DNA of 52,390 nucleotides from Frankiales bacterium (GCA_025352005.1 JANXUE010000159.1:1-52390); one strand, 5' to 3'; positions 15,697 to 27,377 are shown, numbered from the stretch's first letter. A program made the numbers and translations. Notes: a model not told the origin generated them from the letters alone.

Positions 15697-18600
15697 GGGA
15701 GCGGGAATCCGGTGATGATGCCTTCGCCGCCGGGTTCGACGATGACGCGCATTGGAACACCGTCGCGAACGCCGTCGACGTAGAACCGGACTGGGGCACC
15801 GTTCTTTGTGAAATCAGCCCCCAGCTTCCCGGTCTGCTGAACCCAAGTCAGGCTCGGGTCGGTGGCGATGTCGGAGACGTTATGCATGATCTGGCCCGGC
15901 GACCAGCTACTCGGGAAGAGCGTGTTCCCAGCCTCACCAGGCGGCATGTGTCCGTCGAGGATGTGCGAGGTTCGCGACTTGCTTGCAAGGTTGACGAGGC
16001 CACTATCCGCTTCTGCGGCGCTGTGCGCGTCGCTCGGCTGCAGTGCTCTAAGTGTGGCTCGTTCGGCATCTTCGGCCCCTTGGAGTGCGCGCTCTCCACG
16101 TTTGAAGCCTTGGAAGGCGTCAATAGCATCGCCCATCAGTGACCACAGGCGCTTCGCGAGGCGGGCGCCAGCCTTCCAGCGCCATGGTGCTCCGTACTTC
16201 TCGATGATCTTCCCTACCGCGCCGCCAACTGCGGCAAGCAGGACGTTGACGGCGGTCTCAGCGCATCCCCCGATGTTGCCCTGCAGGCAGCTAATGCCCG
16301 CGCTGACGCCGGTGAGGTCGGCGACGATCTTGACGATGCCCTTGACGTGCTTGATGACTTGCGACTTGGCCTCGTCGCGGTCGTGGCGGGCTGCCTCAAC
16401 GACGGCGTGCGCGTTGTCGCTGCTGACTTTCTTGGAGACAGCCTTCTCCATGGTCGCGCTCTGGACCTTGCCGTAGTACTGGTCCTCCGTGCGCAGTCCC
16501 GAGGCGTCGCTGAAGGTGATGGGGCTGTTGTTGGCGTAGCTGTACGCGGCGAGTTGCTGGGGGTCGGTCGGGTCGATGATGCGGTCGACGCTGATGAACC
16601 GTCCCTGGGTGGGGTCGTACTCGCGTGCTCCGAGCCGGGTCAGGCCGGTGCTGGGGTCGTTGGTGCCGCCGACGAACCCCTTGTCCCCTGCTGGCCAGGA
16701 TGCTGCGGAGCCACGGGCTCCCCCGAAGGGCTGGATGTAGCGCTTGGTGACAGCGTTCGTGGCGTTGTTGATCGACACCAGGGGCGTGCCGTTTGGGTCG
16801 TTCGCCAGGGTGCTGACACCGCCACCGCCGCTGTTGCGCTGGGCGACGATGTGGCCACCGAACTCGTAGTAGCGCTGGGCACTCAATGACCCGCTTGCCT
16901 TGTCCAGCGTCAGTTCGGTGCCGTCGAGGTACAGCGTGGTGTTGGTGGGGGTGCGCCGCAGCAGCCGTTCACCGTTGGCGTCGTTGAGGTAGCTGGAGGT
17001 GCCGGCGCTGGTGGTGACGGTGCTGAGGGTGTCCTCGGTGTTCCAGGTGAGGGTCTGGGTGGGCTGGCCGGCGAGTGCCCGCTGCGTGGTGTTGCCCGCG
17101 TTGTCGTACTGGAACGCGTCGGTCGTGATTCCGGCTAGGCCGGTGCTGGTGACGTTGGCGACGGCGTGCGGCCGTGCTTGGCCGGCAGGGGGGTAGGCGT
17201 AGGTGCGGGTGGTGTCCCCCGCGCTGCCATGGTTGACCTCGCTGGTGCGGTTGCCTAGGACGTCGTACCCGAAGGACTGCCAGTAGGGGGAAGGTCCGCC
17301 CAGGGTGATGCTGCTTGGCGCTGCGTTGCAGTCGGTGGTGGTGGGGGTCCAGGCTTGGGTGAGGCGCCTGTAGTTGTCGTACTGATAGCACTGCGTGTCG
17401 ACGGCACCGGGGGTGTTGTCGCCCATGCTGGTGACGTTGCCGGCGGGGTCGTAGGTGAGGTTGTAGTCCGCCGCGCCGGGCAGGTTCTGCCGGTCTACTT
17501 TGATCTCGTTGAGGCGGCGGGTGGCCTGGTCGTAGAAGAAGGTCTGGTAGTTGCTGTAGTTGACCGTGTTGCCCATGGTCAGCTGGGTCGTCTCACCGTA
17601 CGGGCTGTAGGTGGCCCCGGCGACGTAACTGCCGACGCCTGCGAGGGTCTTGGGCTGTCCGAGAGTGTCGTACCCGTAGGTCAGGGTCTCAGCCGGCAGG
17701 CCGGTGACGGCAGGCAGTCCCATTCGTTGGACGCTGCCGTCGGCCCAGTACAACAGGTTGGTTGTGTACGTCCCTGCCAGTGCGCCTTCGATGGCGGGGA
17801 TCGTCAGGCTGTAGCCGGTGGGCTTGTAGTCGACGTCGTAGCCATTGACGGTCGTGGTGTAGTCGGCTCCGTTGACGCTGCGCGTTGCGGTGTCGACCTG
17901 GCCTAGGGCCTTGCTGTCGTAGGTCCACTTGGCTGTGATGGGTGCGTTGCTGTTCGGGCCGTCGTACTGCGTGGTGCGGCGGCCGATGACGTCGTAGGCC
18001 CACGTCTGGCTCTGCGAGTTTGCGTTGGTGCTGGTAACGAGCTGGTCGGCGTTGTCGTAGACGCTGCTGCTAACGCCCTTGTCGGGGTCGTTGGCCTGGA
18101 TGCGCCGCCCGAGTCGGTCGTAGGTGTAGGTCCAGATGTTGTTCTGCGGGTCCTTGACGGTCGCGAGCTGGTCGGCGGGCGTGTAGCTGTACCGGGTGCT
18201 GTCGAACGTCCCCGTCGGGGTCGCGCCGGCGTAGACACGCTTCTCGCTCAGCCGTCCCCGCACGTCGGTGTAGGTGCTGCTCGCGGTGCCTCCAGGTGGG
18301 GGGGTCACGGCGGTGACGTCACCGTCGTAGCTGATGCTGCTGCGCCACTTCTCGACAGCGTTGCTGTAGAAGATGTTCAGCGTGGGCCGGCCTACGCCGT
18401 CGTAGTTGGTGACCGTCTGGGTCGGGATGGCGCCGTCACCGGTGGGCTGGAAGATGGTGCCGGCTGGGGCTCCAGTGGTGTAGTAGGGACCGTTCTGCTT
18501 GGTGACGAGCCCACGTTCGTCGTAGATGGTGTCGGTGATGACCCGGTTGCCGGTGCCGTCCAGCGCGGTCGATTGGGTCTGGCGGGGGCGTAGGAGACCA

Positions 18601-21600
18601 TCGAGGATGCTGATGTTGCGGGTGTAGGTGCCGTCGTTGCGGACCTCGTTTGTCGTGACGTACGTCGGGGCGCTCTGGCTCAGTGAATAAGCGAACGTGG
18701 CCGTTGCGGTCGCGCCCCCAGCCTTGCTCCGGTCGGGCATCCACGCCGCCGTGATCCGGCCGAGGCCGTCGTAGGTGAGCTCGGTGCGGCGGTTGTTCAG
18801 GTCAAGCTGGCTGTCGGGGGTGCCCCAGGCGGCGTTGAGGTTGGTCGTGCTGGTGAAGGCTTTGCCGGCGGGGTCCTGGATCTCCTTGACCTGGGTGACG
18901 GGTCCACCGGCGGCGGGGGTGTAGCTCGTAGTCGTGAGCCGGTTGAGGCCGTCGTAGCTAGCGGTAGTGCGGCCGTTGCCGTCGTAGATGTACTGCTCAC
19001 GGGTGACGTAGACGGGCCCGGTCGTCCAGTCGCTCATCTCGTCCTTGCGGACGAGCAGACCTCGGGTCGGGGTCGCGCCGAACGTGGTGGCGTCGTCGAA
19101 GTAGCTCCGACTGTCGGTGATGATGTCGGCGGGTCGCGTCGGCGTGACGTTGCAGGCCACCGACACGGTCTCGGTGTGGCTGATGAGCGAGACGAGATAG
19201 CTGCTGGTGTTGCGCGTGTAGTCGTACCGGCTGCACCTGTCGTCGGTGCTCAGGCTGGTGTCGCCGAGGTCTTCGACCTGGGTCGGGTCGCCGTAGGTGT
19301 CGTCGTAGGTGGTTCGGGTCTCGGTGTTGCGGAATCCTCCGGTACTGACGGCCTCGCGGCTGCGGACGTTCGCGGTCCGGAGCATCAGGGCTTGAACGCT
19401 TCCGTTCGTGGCGGTCGCGGCACTGATCCACGGGTCGTTCACGGTGCTGTTGACCTCGGGGCCGCCGACGCCGTTCAGCGTGATCATCTCGCGTTCGAAC
19501 CCGGCGAGGCGATCGCTGTCAGCCAGCACTTCGCCGCGGGAGTCGGTGATGCTCACCGATCTGGTCGTCCCGCCAGGCAGGGTGTCACCGTCCATGCCAC
19601 GCATGAACAGGTGCTGGGTCGCCAGTCTCGGTCCGCCGGGGTTTCCAACGATCTCGGTGACCTGGCTGTAACCCCTGGCCTGGCCGTACGTCCGGAACTT
19701 GGCCGGAGTGAGCTCGTTGTTGTCGTAGTGCCAAGCGAGGGTGTCGGCGTAGGCGTAGGTCGTCTGCTTGGTGGCGACCAACGTGGTCTGGTCGTAGTCG
19801 GTGACGAAGTCCACCGGGTACTTGTGGAAGTAGTTGAGCGTCGGCGTCACCGTGCCATCGGGGGCGTAGTAGACCGGGAAGCAACGCTTGTTGTCCGTTG
19901 ACGGGCTCGCGGGGATGTTGCTGCTGCTGCACTCAGCGGCCCTGTAGCTGATGCCGGTGACTCCACCGGTCTCACTGGTGATCTTGTTCAGGCGGTACTT
20001 GATCATGGCGGGACCCAGAGCCGGGTCGACTCGGTTGGGCAGTTGGGTGTAGCCGAAAGTCACGGGCGGCAGGGCGACGGCTGTTCCCACGTTGCCCGTA
20101 TGAGTGATCTTCGTGAGCCGCAGGGCTTTGCTGGTGCCGTCACCCGGGTCGGGGAAGTCCTGCGTGAGCGTGTAGGTGTCGACGGGGGTGTAGGCCGACC
20201 CGCTGTAGACCTGGGTCTGGACTTGGGTGACTCGCTTGCGGCTGAAGAAGGTGGGAGTGGTGCGGTTGGCGCAAGTGGACTCGGCTGAGGTGCAGACGCG
20301 ATCGACCGGGACATCGGGCCAGTAGGCAGCGTTGGCGGTGGTGAACTGCGCGTCGCTGCAGGTGATGGTCCCGCTGGGCAGGCAACGTTCAGCGACGGTG
20401 AAGGCGACGTGCTGCGGGGCGGTCGTGGTGGCTTCGCCGCCAGCGCGTTCACCGAAGTCGATGCCCGTCAGGTAACCGCCGCGGTAGTAGGACGCCTTGG
20501 TGGTGTTGTTGTTCTGACCGTAGTAGTTGATCTCTCCGGTGTACTGGTAGGTCATAGTGTTGCCGTGCGGGTCCACGACGTAGCTGAGGTTCCAGCGCCA
20601 CGGCTGCAGGCAGAAGGAGGAGGCGTACGCGGCGTTGTAGCAGCGCTCTGCACTCTGGTTGCCACTGACGGGTACGGTCCAGATGCTGCTGTTGGTGGCC
20701 GTGTCCCCGCTGTAACGGGTGTTCAGACCGAAGTAGTAACGGGTCCCGTCACTTGTCGTAAGAACCCACGAGGCGGTGTCGGCACCGGTGGCCGCCGGGG
20801 CGTGCGTCATGCGGCTGCCGTCGTCGTCCTTCAGGCGCCACAACCCTGTGGTCGCATCATGGACGAGCTCTCCGCTGTGTCCGGGCAGGCTCAGCGTGGC
20901 GTTGTCGTTCTTCCAGCACAGGTCCCCGGTGCTCAGGCTGGCGGTGTTCCCGCCTGCCTTGTCGTCGTTGCACGAGACGTAACGACGCTCGATGAACCCG
21001 CTGCTGAGGTCGTGGCCTTCACCCACCCAGCTGGGCTGCGCGTTCGTGGAGGCAACCCGCCCGTCAACGCTCTGCGATGAGTAGTCCAGTGACAGGCTCG
21101 GAGCCGGTCCCCCTTGGGTGGGTGGCACGCGCAGCGGGTAGCTCCACTGGAAGTCACCGGTGTTGAGCCCCACCGTCCACGTCGACGAAGGAGCCAAACT
21201 CGTGGCGGCGTAGCTGCCGCTACTTCCCGACGCGCCAGCCGCGGCTGCCAAGACGACCGCCCCGGAAAGGGTCCGGGGCATCTGAGCGATCAGGACCTGG
21301 TTGCTGGTGTCGTTACGCGTCGCTACCGGTGTTGTCGTCTGACACCTAAGCACCGCTGGCGTGCTCAGGAAGCAGGCCGGGAGCGCGACCAGCGACAGTC
21401 GCTGCGCGTAGTCACCTCCGAACCCCCCTGCCCAGCTCCGATAGCTCACACTGATCCGAGGGCGCTTGGTCAGCTTCGTCCTGTCCGACAGGGTGAAGAC
21501 GAGACCACGCATGATGCGTGCCTGGGGACTGGCCTGGCCGAGCAGCCGCGCGCTCAGCCCTGTCGCGTCAGATCCGCGGCCCACCGAGACCGGGTGGGCG

Positions 21601-21857
21601 GCTGTCGGCGCGCCTCCAGTCAGGGCCCAGCTCGCAGCCGCCGGCATCTCGACATGCCCCGGCACGGGCTCGGCACCTGCAGGCGCAGGTCGGGGTTGCG
21701 AAACACGCAGTGTGCTGCCGGGAACTACTCGTTCCCGTTTCACGACTGGCTTGCGAAATGATGCTCTGGAGTTGTCCGCGACGGCAGGCGTGCCGTAGGC
21801 CATCACCGCCAAAGCGGTTGCCTGGGCGATCAGAGCGACAGCTGCGCGTCGACGCAT
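15693..21857 (-). CDS. RHS repeat-associated core domain polymorphic toxin (2054 aa): signal peptide, SpvB/TcB-like N-region, YD repeats, EndoU-type C-terminal nuclease
   Basis: Signal: [28 protein letters not shown]. SpvB-like block: [33 protein letters not shown]. Many YD/YxYDxxGR repeats are present ([27 protein letters not shown]). Core end: [15 protein letters not shown]...[17 protein letters not shown] (about 16494-16508). C-terminal end: [31 protein letters not shown]...[17 protein letters not shown]. Confidence 0.9.
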   Translation of the reverse strand: MRRRAAVALIAQATALAVMAYGTPAVADNSRASFRKPVVKRERVVPGSTLRVSQPRPAPAGAEPVPGHVEMPAAASWALTGGAPTAAHPVSVGRGSDATGLSARLLGQASPQARIMRGLVFTLSDRTKLTKRPRISVSYRSWAGGFGGDYAQRLSLVALPACFLSTPAVLRCQTTTPVATRNDTSNQVLIAQMPRTLSGAVVLAAAAGASGSSGSYAATSLAPSSTWTVGLNTGDFQWSYPLRVPPTQGGPAPSLSLDYSSQSVDGRVASTNAQPSWVGEGHDLSSGFIERRYVSCNDDKAGGNTASLSTGDLCWKNDNATLSLPGHSGELVHDATTGLWRLKDDDGSRMTHAPAATGADTASWVLTTSDGTRYYFGLNTRYSGDTATNSSIWTVPVSGNQSAERCYNAAYASSFCLQPWRWNLSYVVDPHGNTMTYQYTGEINYYGQNNNTTKASYYRGGYLTGIDFGERAGGEATTTAPQHVAFTVAERCLPSGTITCSDAQFTTANAAYWPDVPVDRVCTSAESTCANRTTPTFFSRKRVTQVQTQVYSGSAYTPVDTYTLTQDFPDPGDGTSKALRLTKITHTGNVGTAVALPPVTFGYTQLPNRVDPALGPAMIKYRLNKITSETGGVTGISYRAAECSSSNIPASPSTDNKRCFPVYYAPDGTVTPTLNYFHKYPVDFVTDYDQTTLVATKQTTYAYADTLAWHYDNNELTPAKFRTYGQARGYSQVTEIVGNPGGPRLATQHLFMRGMDGDTLPGGTTRSVSITDSRGEVLADSDRLAGFEREMITLNGVGGPEVNSTVNDPWISAATATNGSVQALMLRTANVRSREAVSTGGFRNTETRTTYDDTYGDPTQVEDLGDTSLSTDDRCSRYDYTRNTSSYLVSLISHTETVSVACNVTPTRPADIITDSRSYFDDATTFGATPTRGLLVRKDEMSDWTTGPVYVTREQYIYDGNGRTTASYDGLNRLTTTSYTPAAGGPVTQVKEIQDPAGKAFTSTTNLNAAWGTPDSQLDLNNRRTELTYDGLGRITAAWMPDRSKAGGATATATFAYSLSQSAPTYVTTNEVRNDGTYTRNISILDGLLRPRQTQSTALDGTGNRVITDTIYDERGLVTKQNGPYYTTGAPAGTIFQPTGDGAIPTQTVTNYDGVGRPTLNIFYSNAVEKWRSSISYDGDVTAVTPPPGGTASSTYTDVRGRLSEKRVYAGATPTGTFDSTRYSYTPADQLATVKDPQNNIWTYTYDRLGRRIQANDPDKGVSSSVYDNADQLVTSTNANSQSQTWAYDVIGRRTTQYDGPNSNAPITAKWTYDSKALGQVDTATRSVNGADYTTTVNGYDVDYKPTGYSLTIPAIEGALAGTYTTNLLYWADGSVQRMGLPAVTGLPAETLTYGYDTLGQPKTLAGVGSYVAGATYSPYGETTQLTMGNTVNYSNYQTFFYDQATRRLNEIKVDRQNLPGAADYNLTYDPAGNVTSMGDNTPGAVDTQCYQYDNYRRLTQAWTPTTTDCNAAPSSITLGGPSPYWQSFGYDVLGNRTSEVNHGSAGDTTRTYAYPPAGQARPHAVANVTSTGLAGITTDAFQYDNAGNTTQRALAGQPTQTLTWNTEDTLSTVTTSAGTSSYLNDANGERLLRRTPTNTTLYLDGTELTLDKASGSLSAQRYYEFGGHIVAQRNSGGGGVSTLANDPNGTPLVSINNATNAVTKRYIQPFGGARGSAASWPAGDKGFVGGTNDPSTGLTRLGAREYDPTQGRFISVDRIIDPTDPQQLAAYSYANNSPITFSDASGLRTEDQYYGKVQSATMEKAVSKKVSSDNAHAVVEAARHDRDEAKSQVIKHVKGIVKIVADLTGVSAGISCLQGNIGGCAETAVNVLLAAVGGAVGKIIEKYGAPWRWKAGARLAKRLWSLMGDAIDAFQGFKRGERALQGAEDAERATLRALQPSDAHSAAEADSGLVNLASKSRTSHILDGHMPPGEAGNTLFPSSWSPGQIMHNVSDIATDPSLTWVQQTGKLGADFTKNGAPVRFYVDGVRDGVPMRVIVEPGGEGIITGFPLP

Positions 21858-21899
21858 GGGGTTCCTTCGAAGAGGGCCTGGTTGGAGGGTGGCCGACGG

Positions 21900-24620
21900 C
21901 TAACCGGCGAGGACGTTCAGGGTCGTGTCGTCGAAGGAACCCTGAAACAGCCGCACGTCGTCGACATAGCCCGGGAAGCGTTGGGCGCCGCCGGACGCGG
22001 CACCGATCCGGAACTCGCCAGCGCTGCTGTAGTTCACCCGTCCTGCGGGCGCGATGGCGAGCTTGCCAACGTTCATTCCTGCTACTGCCAGCGAGAGGGT
22101 CGGGCTGTCGTCGGCCTCGTACTGGGCGCACACGCTCTCCCAGCCGACGCCAGACACCAGGGTGCTCGTAACCCGTGCGACAGGTCCCGTCGCGCTGTTG
22201 GTTGTGTGCAGGGAGATCTGATAACTCCCGGCCCCGCCGCTGACGGCGTACTCCAGTTGCCATGCGTACGTGGCCGAGGTGCTTTGGTGGGCGACGACGT
22301 ACGTTCCGTCAGCAAGGCCGTTCATGGCCTGCACGTAGGCGCAGACTGTGAAGTTGTTGCTTACCGAGAGCAATGCCGTTGTTGGTACCGCCGACAAAGA
22401 GCCGCCGGCCGTCAGGTCTACGGCTCGGTCCCCGAGCGTTGCTGAGTTGTTGGGATCGTAGAGCCGTCCAACAGTCAAGGGGACAGTCGTTGTCGAACTG
22501 ACAGCGACCGAGCCGACGGTCCCGGAATCGGGTGACGTGTAGGGACTTGCGCCGTCCACTGAATCCAGCTTGTACCGGTGCGTGGAGTCCGCGACGGTCC
22601 CGTAAACGTTGAAGCGGTAGACCGTCTGTGGGCTGACGTTGCCAGCAAGGTCCTTGGAGGAAACCTTCAAGTAGTGCGGGCCGAAACTGGGCGGCGCGAA
22701 GGTGGCGTTCGCTGCGGAACCCGAGGCTGTCACGGGGATAGTCGGGGTATCCACGTCAAAGCCGTAAATGAAGCTCACCGCCCCGGTGGCGCTGAACGCG
22801 AACGTGCCAGCGATGCCGGATCCACCATGCGAGGCACCGTCAGATGGATAAGCGATGGAACTGACGCTTGGGGAAGGAGGCGCGCTCGTGTCAACAGTGA
22901 ACTCGCACGTCGCCGACGCCGCAGACGTGGTGTAGCTGTCGATGGCAACTGCATAGAAGCTGTACGTAGTTCCGTTGACCACTTGGACGGCGGGCGACAC
23001 ATGTGTCCCTGGCGACTGTGCGCTGGCCGTTGCATACGATGAGTAGGTAGTCGACTGCGACCCCTTGTAGAACCAGCGGATCGCGTCCATGTCGTCGCTG
23101 GAGTCCGCTGACGTTGCCTGGAAGACCACTGAATTCGCGCTGATAACGGGCCGGGTCGATCCGGTCACGCAGGTCTTGCTCGGGGTGCTGAGCCTGTTGC
23201 CGCTGATGGTCGGCTTCACGTCGAAGGTTACGCTCAGCGTCGCATCGTACCTGAAGCGCTTCCAGTTGAGCGGATCGGTCTCGCTTGCCTGCAGACTCAG
23301 AGTGATCGAGGAAGCGCTGGAGTCTGCTGCCGCTTGCAATCCCGCTGTCGCCGTAAAGGCCACGTGAGGAGTGGTACCTCCGCAGGTGTCGCCGCCGGCG
23401 AAGGTTTGCACGTCGAGCGCCGTCAGGTTGGCGGGCTTGCTGTTCCAGTTGGTACTGCTGGTGAAGCTGTTCGTTCGGTACAGCGTGACAGCACGCGCGG
23501 TGCAGTAGGCCGAGTGCGTGTTGTAGGCGAGAAATTTAGCGGAAGTGATCTTCGTCCCGCGCCACGTCGTGGAGCCATTGATGCTGGTGAAGGTGCTCGG
23601 GAAAGTCCAGTAGAGGCGCTTCGTGCTCTGACCGCTGTAATTCTGATAGCCAACGCCCTGATCGTTAGCCCAGTTGTAGTAGCTAACGTCCGGGTAGTAG
23701 CCGTCCACCATGAGGCGTGCACTCTGGCCTGGTCCGACCGTGGGATCGATGTACACGGGGTATCGAGTCGTCACCGCGTCGAGCAACGTCGCGTTGGGCA
23801 CGAGGTTCAGCACGCTATCGGCGAGCGTCATGCCGACAGCACGGACAAGGTCACCCTCGACCGGACCCCGCAGTCGGTCGACAGGTCCCGGTACCGGCAC
23901 AGCGCGGGCGTCGGCGGCTCCGGCGCTTGAATCCCACATCGCGGGCGGCGGGACACTCAACAGCTCATTCTTGGCGTTGTTGACAAACCCGATCCGGCCC
24001 GTTGCGTCCTGCTTGGCAGTGAGGCCGCTGGCCTGCATCCCCAGCGACAGGGCGCGCAGCTGCGGGTTCTTGCCAGCTTCGAGCGTCTTGACGACGACGA
24101 CCTCCCCAATGCCGTCACTCTTTGCAGTGACCTGGAGGTCGACGCCAGGCAAGACGTCGGCGAAGGTCGCCGTATCACCGGTCAGTTGCGGAGTGGGAAG
24201 GGCCGTCGGCCAGGACATAGCCACCGATCCGCGATCGCCTGGCACACCGATGCCGTATACGAGCCTGTCCCCGCCACCGCCGATGCGTTCAGCGAGCAAC
24301 GTCGCGCCCGGCTCGACCGTGCCATCGCTGCTGCGGCGCAGAGTCGTGTCGATGGCGGTCCACCCACCGTTGCGCTCAACGCGCGTCGGCACCGCCGAGG
24401 CATCCACCGTCGTCGTGCCGTCGGGGTTCGACCAAACCGTCGAGTACGGAGTGCGTGCTGACAGCACCTCAACCCGCTGACCCGTGCTGCTGGCCTGTGC
24501 AGCTGGGTCACCCGTCGCGGTGGTGCTGCCCGCCGCATGGGTCTGCGATGGCATTAACGACAACGTTACGAGGCTCAGCGTAGACACAAAAAGAGCCGAC
24601 CTGCGACGGCGAGCAGCCAT
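21900..24620 (-). CDS. Secreted 906-aa protein with central DNRLRE/CBM-like region and C-terminal LamG (concanavalin-A-like lectin) domain; Rhs-associated
   Basis: Signal: MAARRRRSALFVSTLSLVTLSLMPSQTHAAG. Central region: ...VTLYRTNSFTSSTNWNSKPANLTAL... The C-terminus ...FRIGAASGGAQRFPGYVDDVRLFQGSFDD is the classic LamG ending. A 42-nt gap containing GAAGGAA precedes the Rhs ATG. Confidence 0.8.
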   Translation of the reverse strand: MAARRRRSALFVSTLSLVTLSLMPSQTHAAGSTTATGDPAAQASSTGQRVEVLSARTPYSTVWSNPDGTTTVDASAVPTRVERNGGWTAIDTTLRRSSDGTVEPGATLLAERIGGGGDRLVYGIGVPGDRGSVAMSWPTALPTPQLTGDTATFADVLPGVDLQVTAKSDGIGEVVVVKTLEAGKNPQLRALSLGMQASGLTAKQDATGRIGFVNNAKNELLSVPPPAMWDSSAGAADARAVPVPGPVDRLRGPVEGDLVRAVGMTLADSVLNLVPNATLLDAVTTRYPVYIDPTVGPGQSARLMVDGYYPDVSYYNWANDQGVGYQNYSGQSTKRLYWTFPSTFTSINGSTTWRGTKITSAKFLAYNTHSAYCTARAVTLYRTNSFTSSTNWNSKPANLTALDVQTFAGGDTCGGTTPHVAFTATAGLQAAADSSASSITLSLQASETDPLNWKRFRYDATLSVTFDVKPTISGNRLSTPSKTCVTGSTRPVISANSVVFQATSADSSDDMDAIRWFYKGSQSTTYSSYATASAQSPGTHVSPAVQVVNGTTYSFYAVAIDSYTTSAASATCEFTVDTSAPPSPSVSSIAYPSDGASHGGSGIAGTFAFSATGAVSFIYGFDVDTPTIPVTASGSAANATFAPPSFGPHYLKVSSKDLAGNVSPQTVYRFNVYGTVADSTHRYKLDSVDGASPYTSPDSGTVGSVAVSSTTTVPLTVGRLYDPNNSATLGDRAVDLTAGGSLSAVPTTALLSVSNNFTVCAYVQAMNGLADGTYVVAHQSTSATYAWQLEYAVSGGAGSYQISLHTTNSATGPVARVTSTLVSGVGWESVCAQYEADDSPTLSLAVAGMNVGKLAIAPAGRVNYSSAGEFRIGAASGGAQRFPGYVDDVRLFQGSFDDTTLNVLAG

Positions 24621-25260
24621 CGTTCCCCCCTGGGTCAGCGAAGCGATGCCGAAAGGTAACAGCAGATGTGACTAGGCGCACTAGCCCGGCAGAACCTGGA
24701 TTGATTACGCGCCGAGCACTCGATGCTGCTGTCGCGGGTAGTTCTGCCACACACCGCTGGCGCCCGCAGCCCTAGGCGATGCTGCTGTGGCTGGCCCATT
24801 GAACAGTGGCTCGCTCGACGGGCGCAAGGACGCTGCTACCGGTTAGGGCCGCCAGGAGCGATGTCGAAGGCCGCAGGACCAGCCTACGGTCAACCGCTTC
24901 ACCCAGCTGACGGGCGAAAGTGGGCACCGTTCGCCGCGCACCCTGAGGCTTGCTGGACCTGCTCGTCGCCGGCTTTGCTAGCCGGCTGCGAGACGCCCTT
25001 GCCCTCACCGCTTCGCGGTCCCCGTGGGGAACCCCACTGTCCATGTCAACCGCAAAGAGCCCCCGTTGTGGATTGCTCGACAGGAATCGTGATCACCTGC
25101 CACCATCATTCTGAGTGGTGTGCGCAGGCTGGCGTTGGTCGTGGCGGTGCTGGCGGTCCTCACGGGTGGACAGCCCAACCCAGCTCGTGCAGACGATCCG
25201 CTGACCGCGCTGCTGGTGCCCGGGACGCTGGCCCCGGGAGCGAGCAGCGTGCGGGTCCTG

Positions 25261-26963
25261 CTAGGACCCCGAGTCCGTAACGGTTGACGTGCTGCCGGGC
25301 GGCCACGGCGGTGGCGCCTTTGCCGGATGTTGCGTCAGAGGCCTGGCGAAGGTGTGGCGCCATGGTCGTGAAATTGCTTGAGGCCGGTCGACGGGGCAGC
25401 CCGTTTCGTGTCGCGGGGTGACCCCAGCACCTTTAGTTGGTGGCCATCTGGGTGGTTGTCCATCCGGACCCTGCGAGTTTGCGGAAGTTGTGGCGGGCCA
25501 GGTGGAAGGTCCACTCGATGTCGGCTTTGACCTGGCCGCGGAGCCGTAGTTGATGGCCGCCTTGGGCGACGTTGATCTGACCGAAGACCGGTTCCACGAT
25601 CGCCTTGCGCCTGGCGTAGTCGGCCTTGCCCTTCTTGGTCCGTAGTTTGCGGCTCATCCGCTGTTTGGGGGTCAAGGCCGCCGGGATCTGCCCACGTGGC
25701 GCCGCTGGTGGTCTCTCGCCGTGCTTGAGCCGCCCGGTCGCCAGCAGTGGGTCGATCCCCGCAGCGGTGACCGCCTCGACGTTGTCGGCGGAGAAGTACC
25801 CAGCATCGGCCAGTAGCGTGCGGGGCGTGCCGTCGATGCCGGCCGCGGCCAACGAAGACGCCAGCTCGGTGAGCATGTCCGGCAACGCCGAGCAGTCCGC
25901 ACCGGACTGCCGCAGCGACGCGGCGAGCACCACCTGACTCTTCTCATCCACCACCGCCTGACCGTTGAAGCAGTAGTGGAACGACCCGTCCGAGGTCTTC
26001 ATGATCCGCGCGTCCGGGTCGGTGAACGAGCGTTGCGCCCGGTCGGGGACGACCGCGACAGCTTCGGCCGCGTCACCAGCCTCGATGACCTGAGCCGGGT
26101 CCTGACCCCTGTTCGGCTGCCGCCTGTTCAGCCTGCGCACGGGCCTTCGCGGCGTGCTCGGCCTCCAGGGCGGCCTTGGCCTTGCGGATCGCGGCCAGCC
26201 GGCCTTCCCGGCGGGCCAGCTCAACCGGCTGTTCATCACCGCGCCAGTCGGTGCCGTAAGCGGCATCCTCGGCAGCGTCCAATCGCTCCGCGTCGGCCAG
26301 CAACGCATCGACCTCATCTGCGAGTTCGCTTTCAGCTCGCACCATCCGGTCGTAGCTCATCGCCCGATGCCGGCTCGCGGCCGCCCGCACCTTCGTCCCA
26401 TCCAGGGCGACCCGGCCAAGCGACACCAAACCGGCCTGCGCCCACAACGTCAACGACTGGGTGAACAACGCCTTCAGAGCGGCCCCGTGCCGGGTCCGGA
26501 ACCGGCTGATCGCCACGAAGTCCGGTGCCACCTGAGCGGTCAGGAACCGGTACGCGATGTCGTCGTGGCAGCGACGCTCCAACGCCCGCGAGGAGGTGAT
26601 CCCATGGGAGTAGCCATAGATCAGAATCTTCAACGTCAGCCGCGGGTCATACGGCGGCGCACCCCGCACCTCGGTGTAGTCGGCGTAAACCGCGGACAGG
26701 TCCAACCCGTGCTCAACCAGATCATCGACCCAACGCGCCGGATAACCGGCCGCCAACCAGTCCCGAAGATCAGGAGCCAACAGCATCGGCTGGTCCTGGT
26801 CATAACGCCGAAACGTCCTATCCACAGCCGATTTCGCCTGTCCCGACCCCGCTGAGACCGGCTTCACGACCATCAACACCGATTGTTGGGCGACCTGAGG
26901 CTTCGACATACCCCATTCACCTGTAACCACAGGCCTTTACGTGTTACCGACACGGGGTCCTAG
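25261..26963 (-). mobile_element. IS1182-family insertion sequence (~1.7 kb)
   Basis: Terminal inverted repeats are CTAGGACCCCGAGTCCGTAAC (25261-25281) and the reverse complement of 26943-26963, CTAGGACCCCGTGTCGGTAAC, matching at 19 of 21 positions. The transposase ORFs lie inside. Confidence 0.8.
25433..26909 (-). pseudogene. IS1182-family transposase, split into two overlapping frames (frameshift between 26073 and 26317)
   Basis: The N-terminal frame (to 26073) reads MSKPQVAQQ...YGYSHGITSSRALERRCHDDIAYRFL... (DUF772-like). The C-terminal frame reads ...FTDPDARIMKTSDGSFHYCFNGQAVVD...ADAGYFSADNV...VEPVFGQI... (DDE). Family members normally carry one ORF. Confidence 0.75.
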
Positions 26964-27377
26964 GGCAGGGGCGCGTCCTCAAGGAGCGTTTCGGTCTCGT
27001 TCCGGATGAGCGTGGGGTAGGAGAAAAAAACTAAGGTAGCCATAGTCCGTTTCCGCATAACCGCAGGTCAGAGGGGGATTTTTGCTTCCCTGACACGGAA
27101 GCCGCCCGCCGTGACGCGGTGCGGCGAGCTGATTACCACCCGGGTCTCCGCATCCGACGCATCGAGCCTGCGACCACGACCTCCGGATGCATAGTTGACC
27201 GAACTACCTCAGGCGCTCCCCCTCCCCCGGCTGCGAGCGATGACTCATGAGCAGCCAACGTCTGTCATCACCGATCCGCGCAGACGGACCTCACACGTCA
27301 GATGCCGAGTAGCGAGTGTTCGCATTGCCCAGCCGTGCACGTCGGGGGACCAAGTCTGTCTGGGACCTCGGACGTTC

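Noticed and set aside
15848-24538. Dozens of 60-260-aa ORFs on both strands inside the Rhs and LamG genes
   Set aside because: All are nested in or antisense to two long ORFs with unambiguous domain content. Their translations are Arg/Pro/Ser/Thr-rich.
24723-25280. 185-aa plus ORF and 90-aa minus ORF in the gap upstream of the LamG gene
   Set aside because: There is no protein-like composition or motif. The region is more likely the promoter/leader of the toxin operon plus the remnant described at 25120-25260.
25251-26985. Target-site duplication for the IS1182 copy (GCGGGTCCT before, GCGCGTCCT after)
   Set aside because: The two 9-mers differ at one position, and the right-hand one is 8 bp away from the terminal repeat, so this is probably coincidental.
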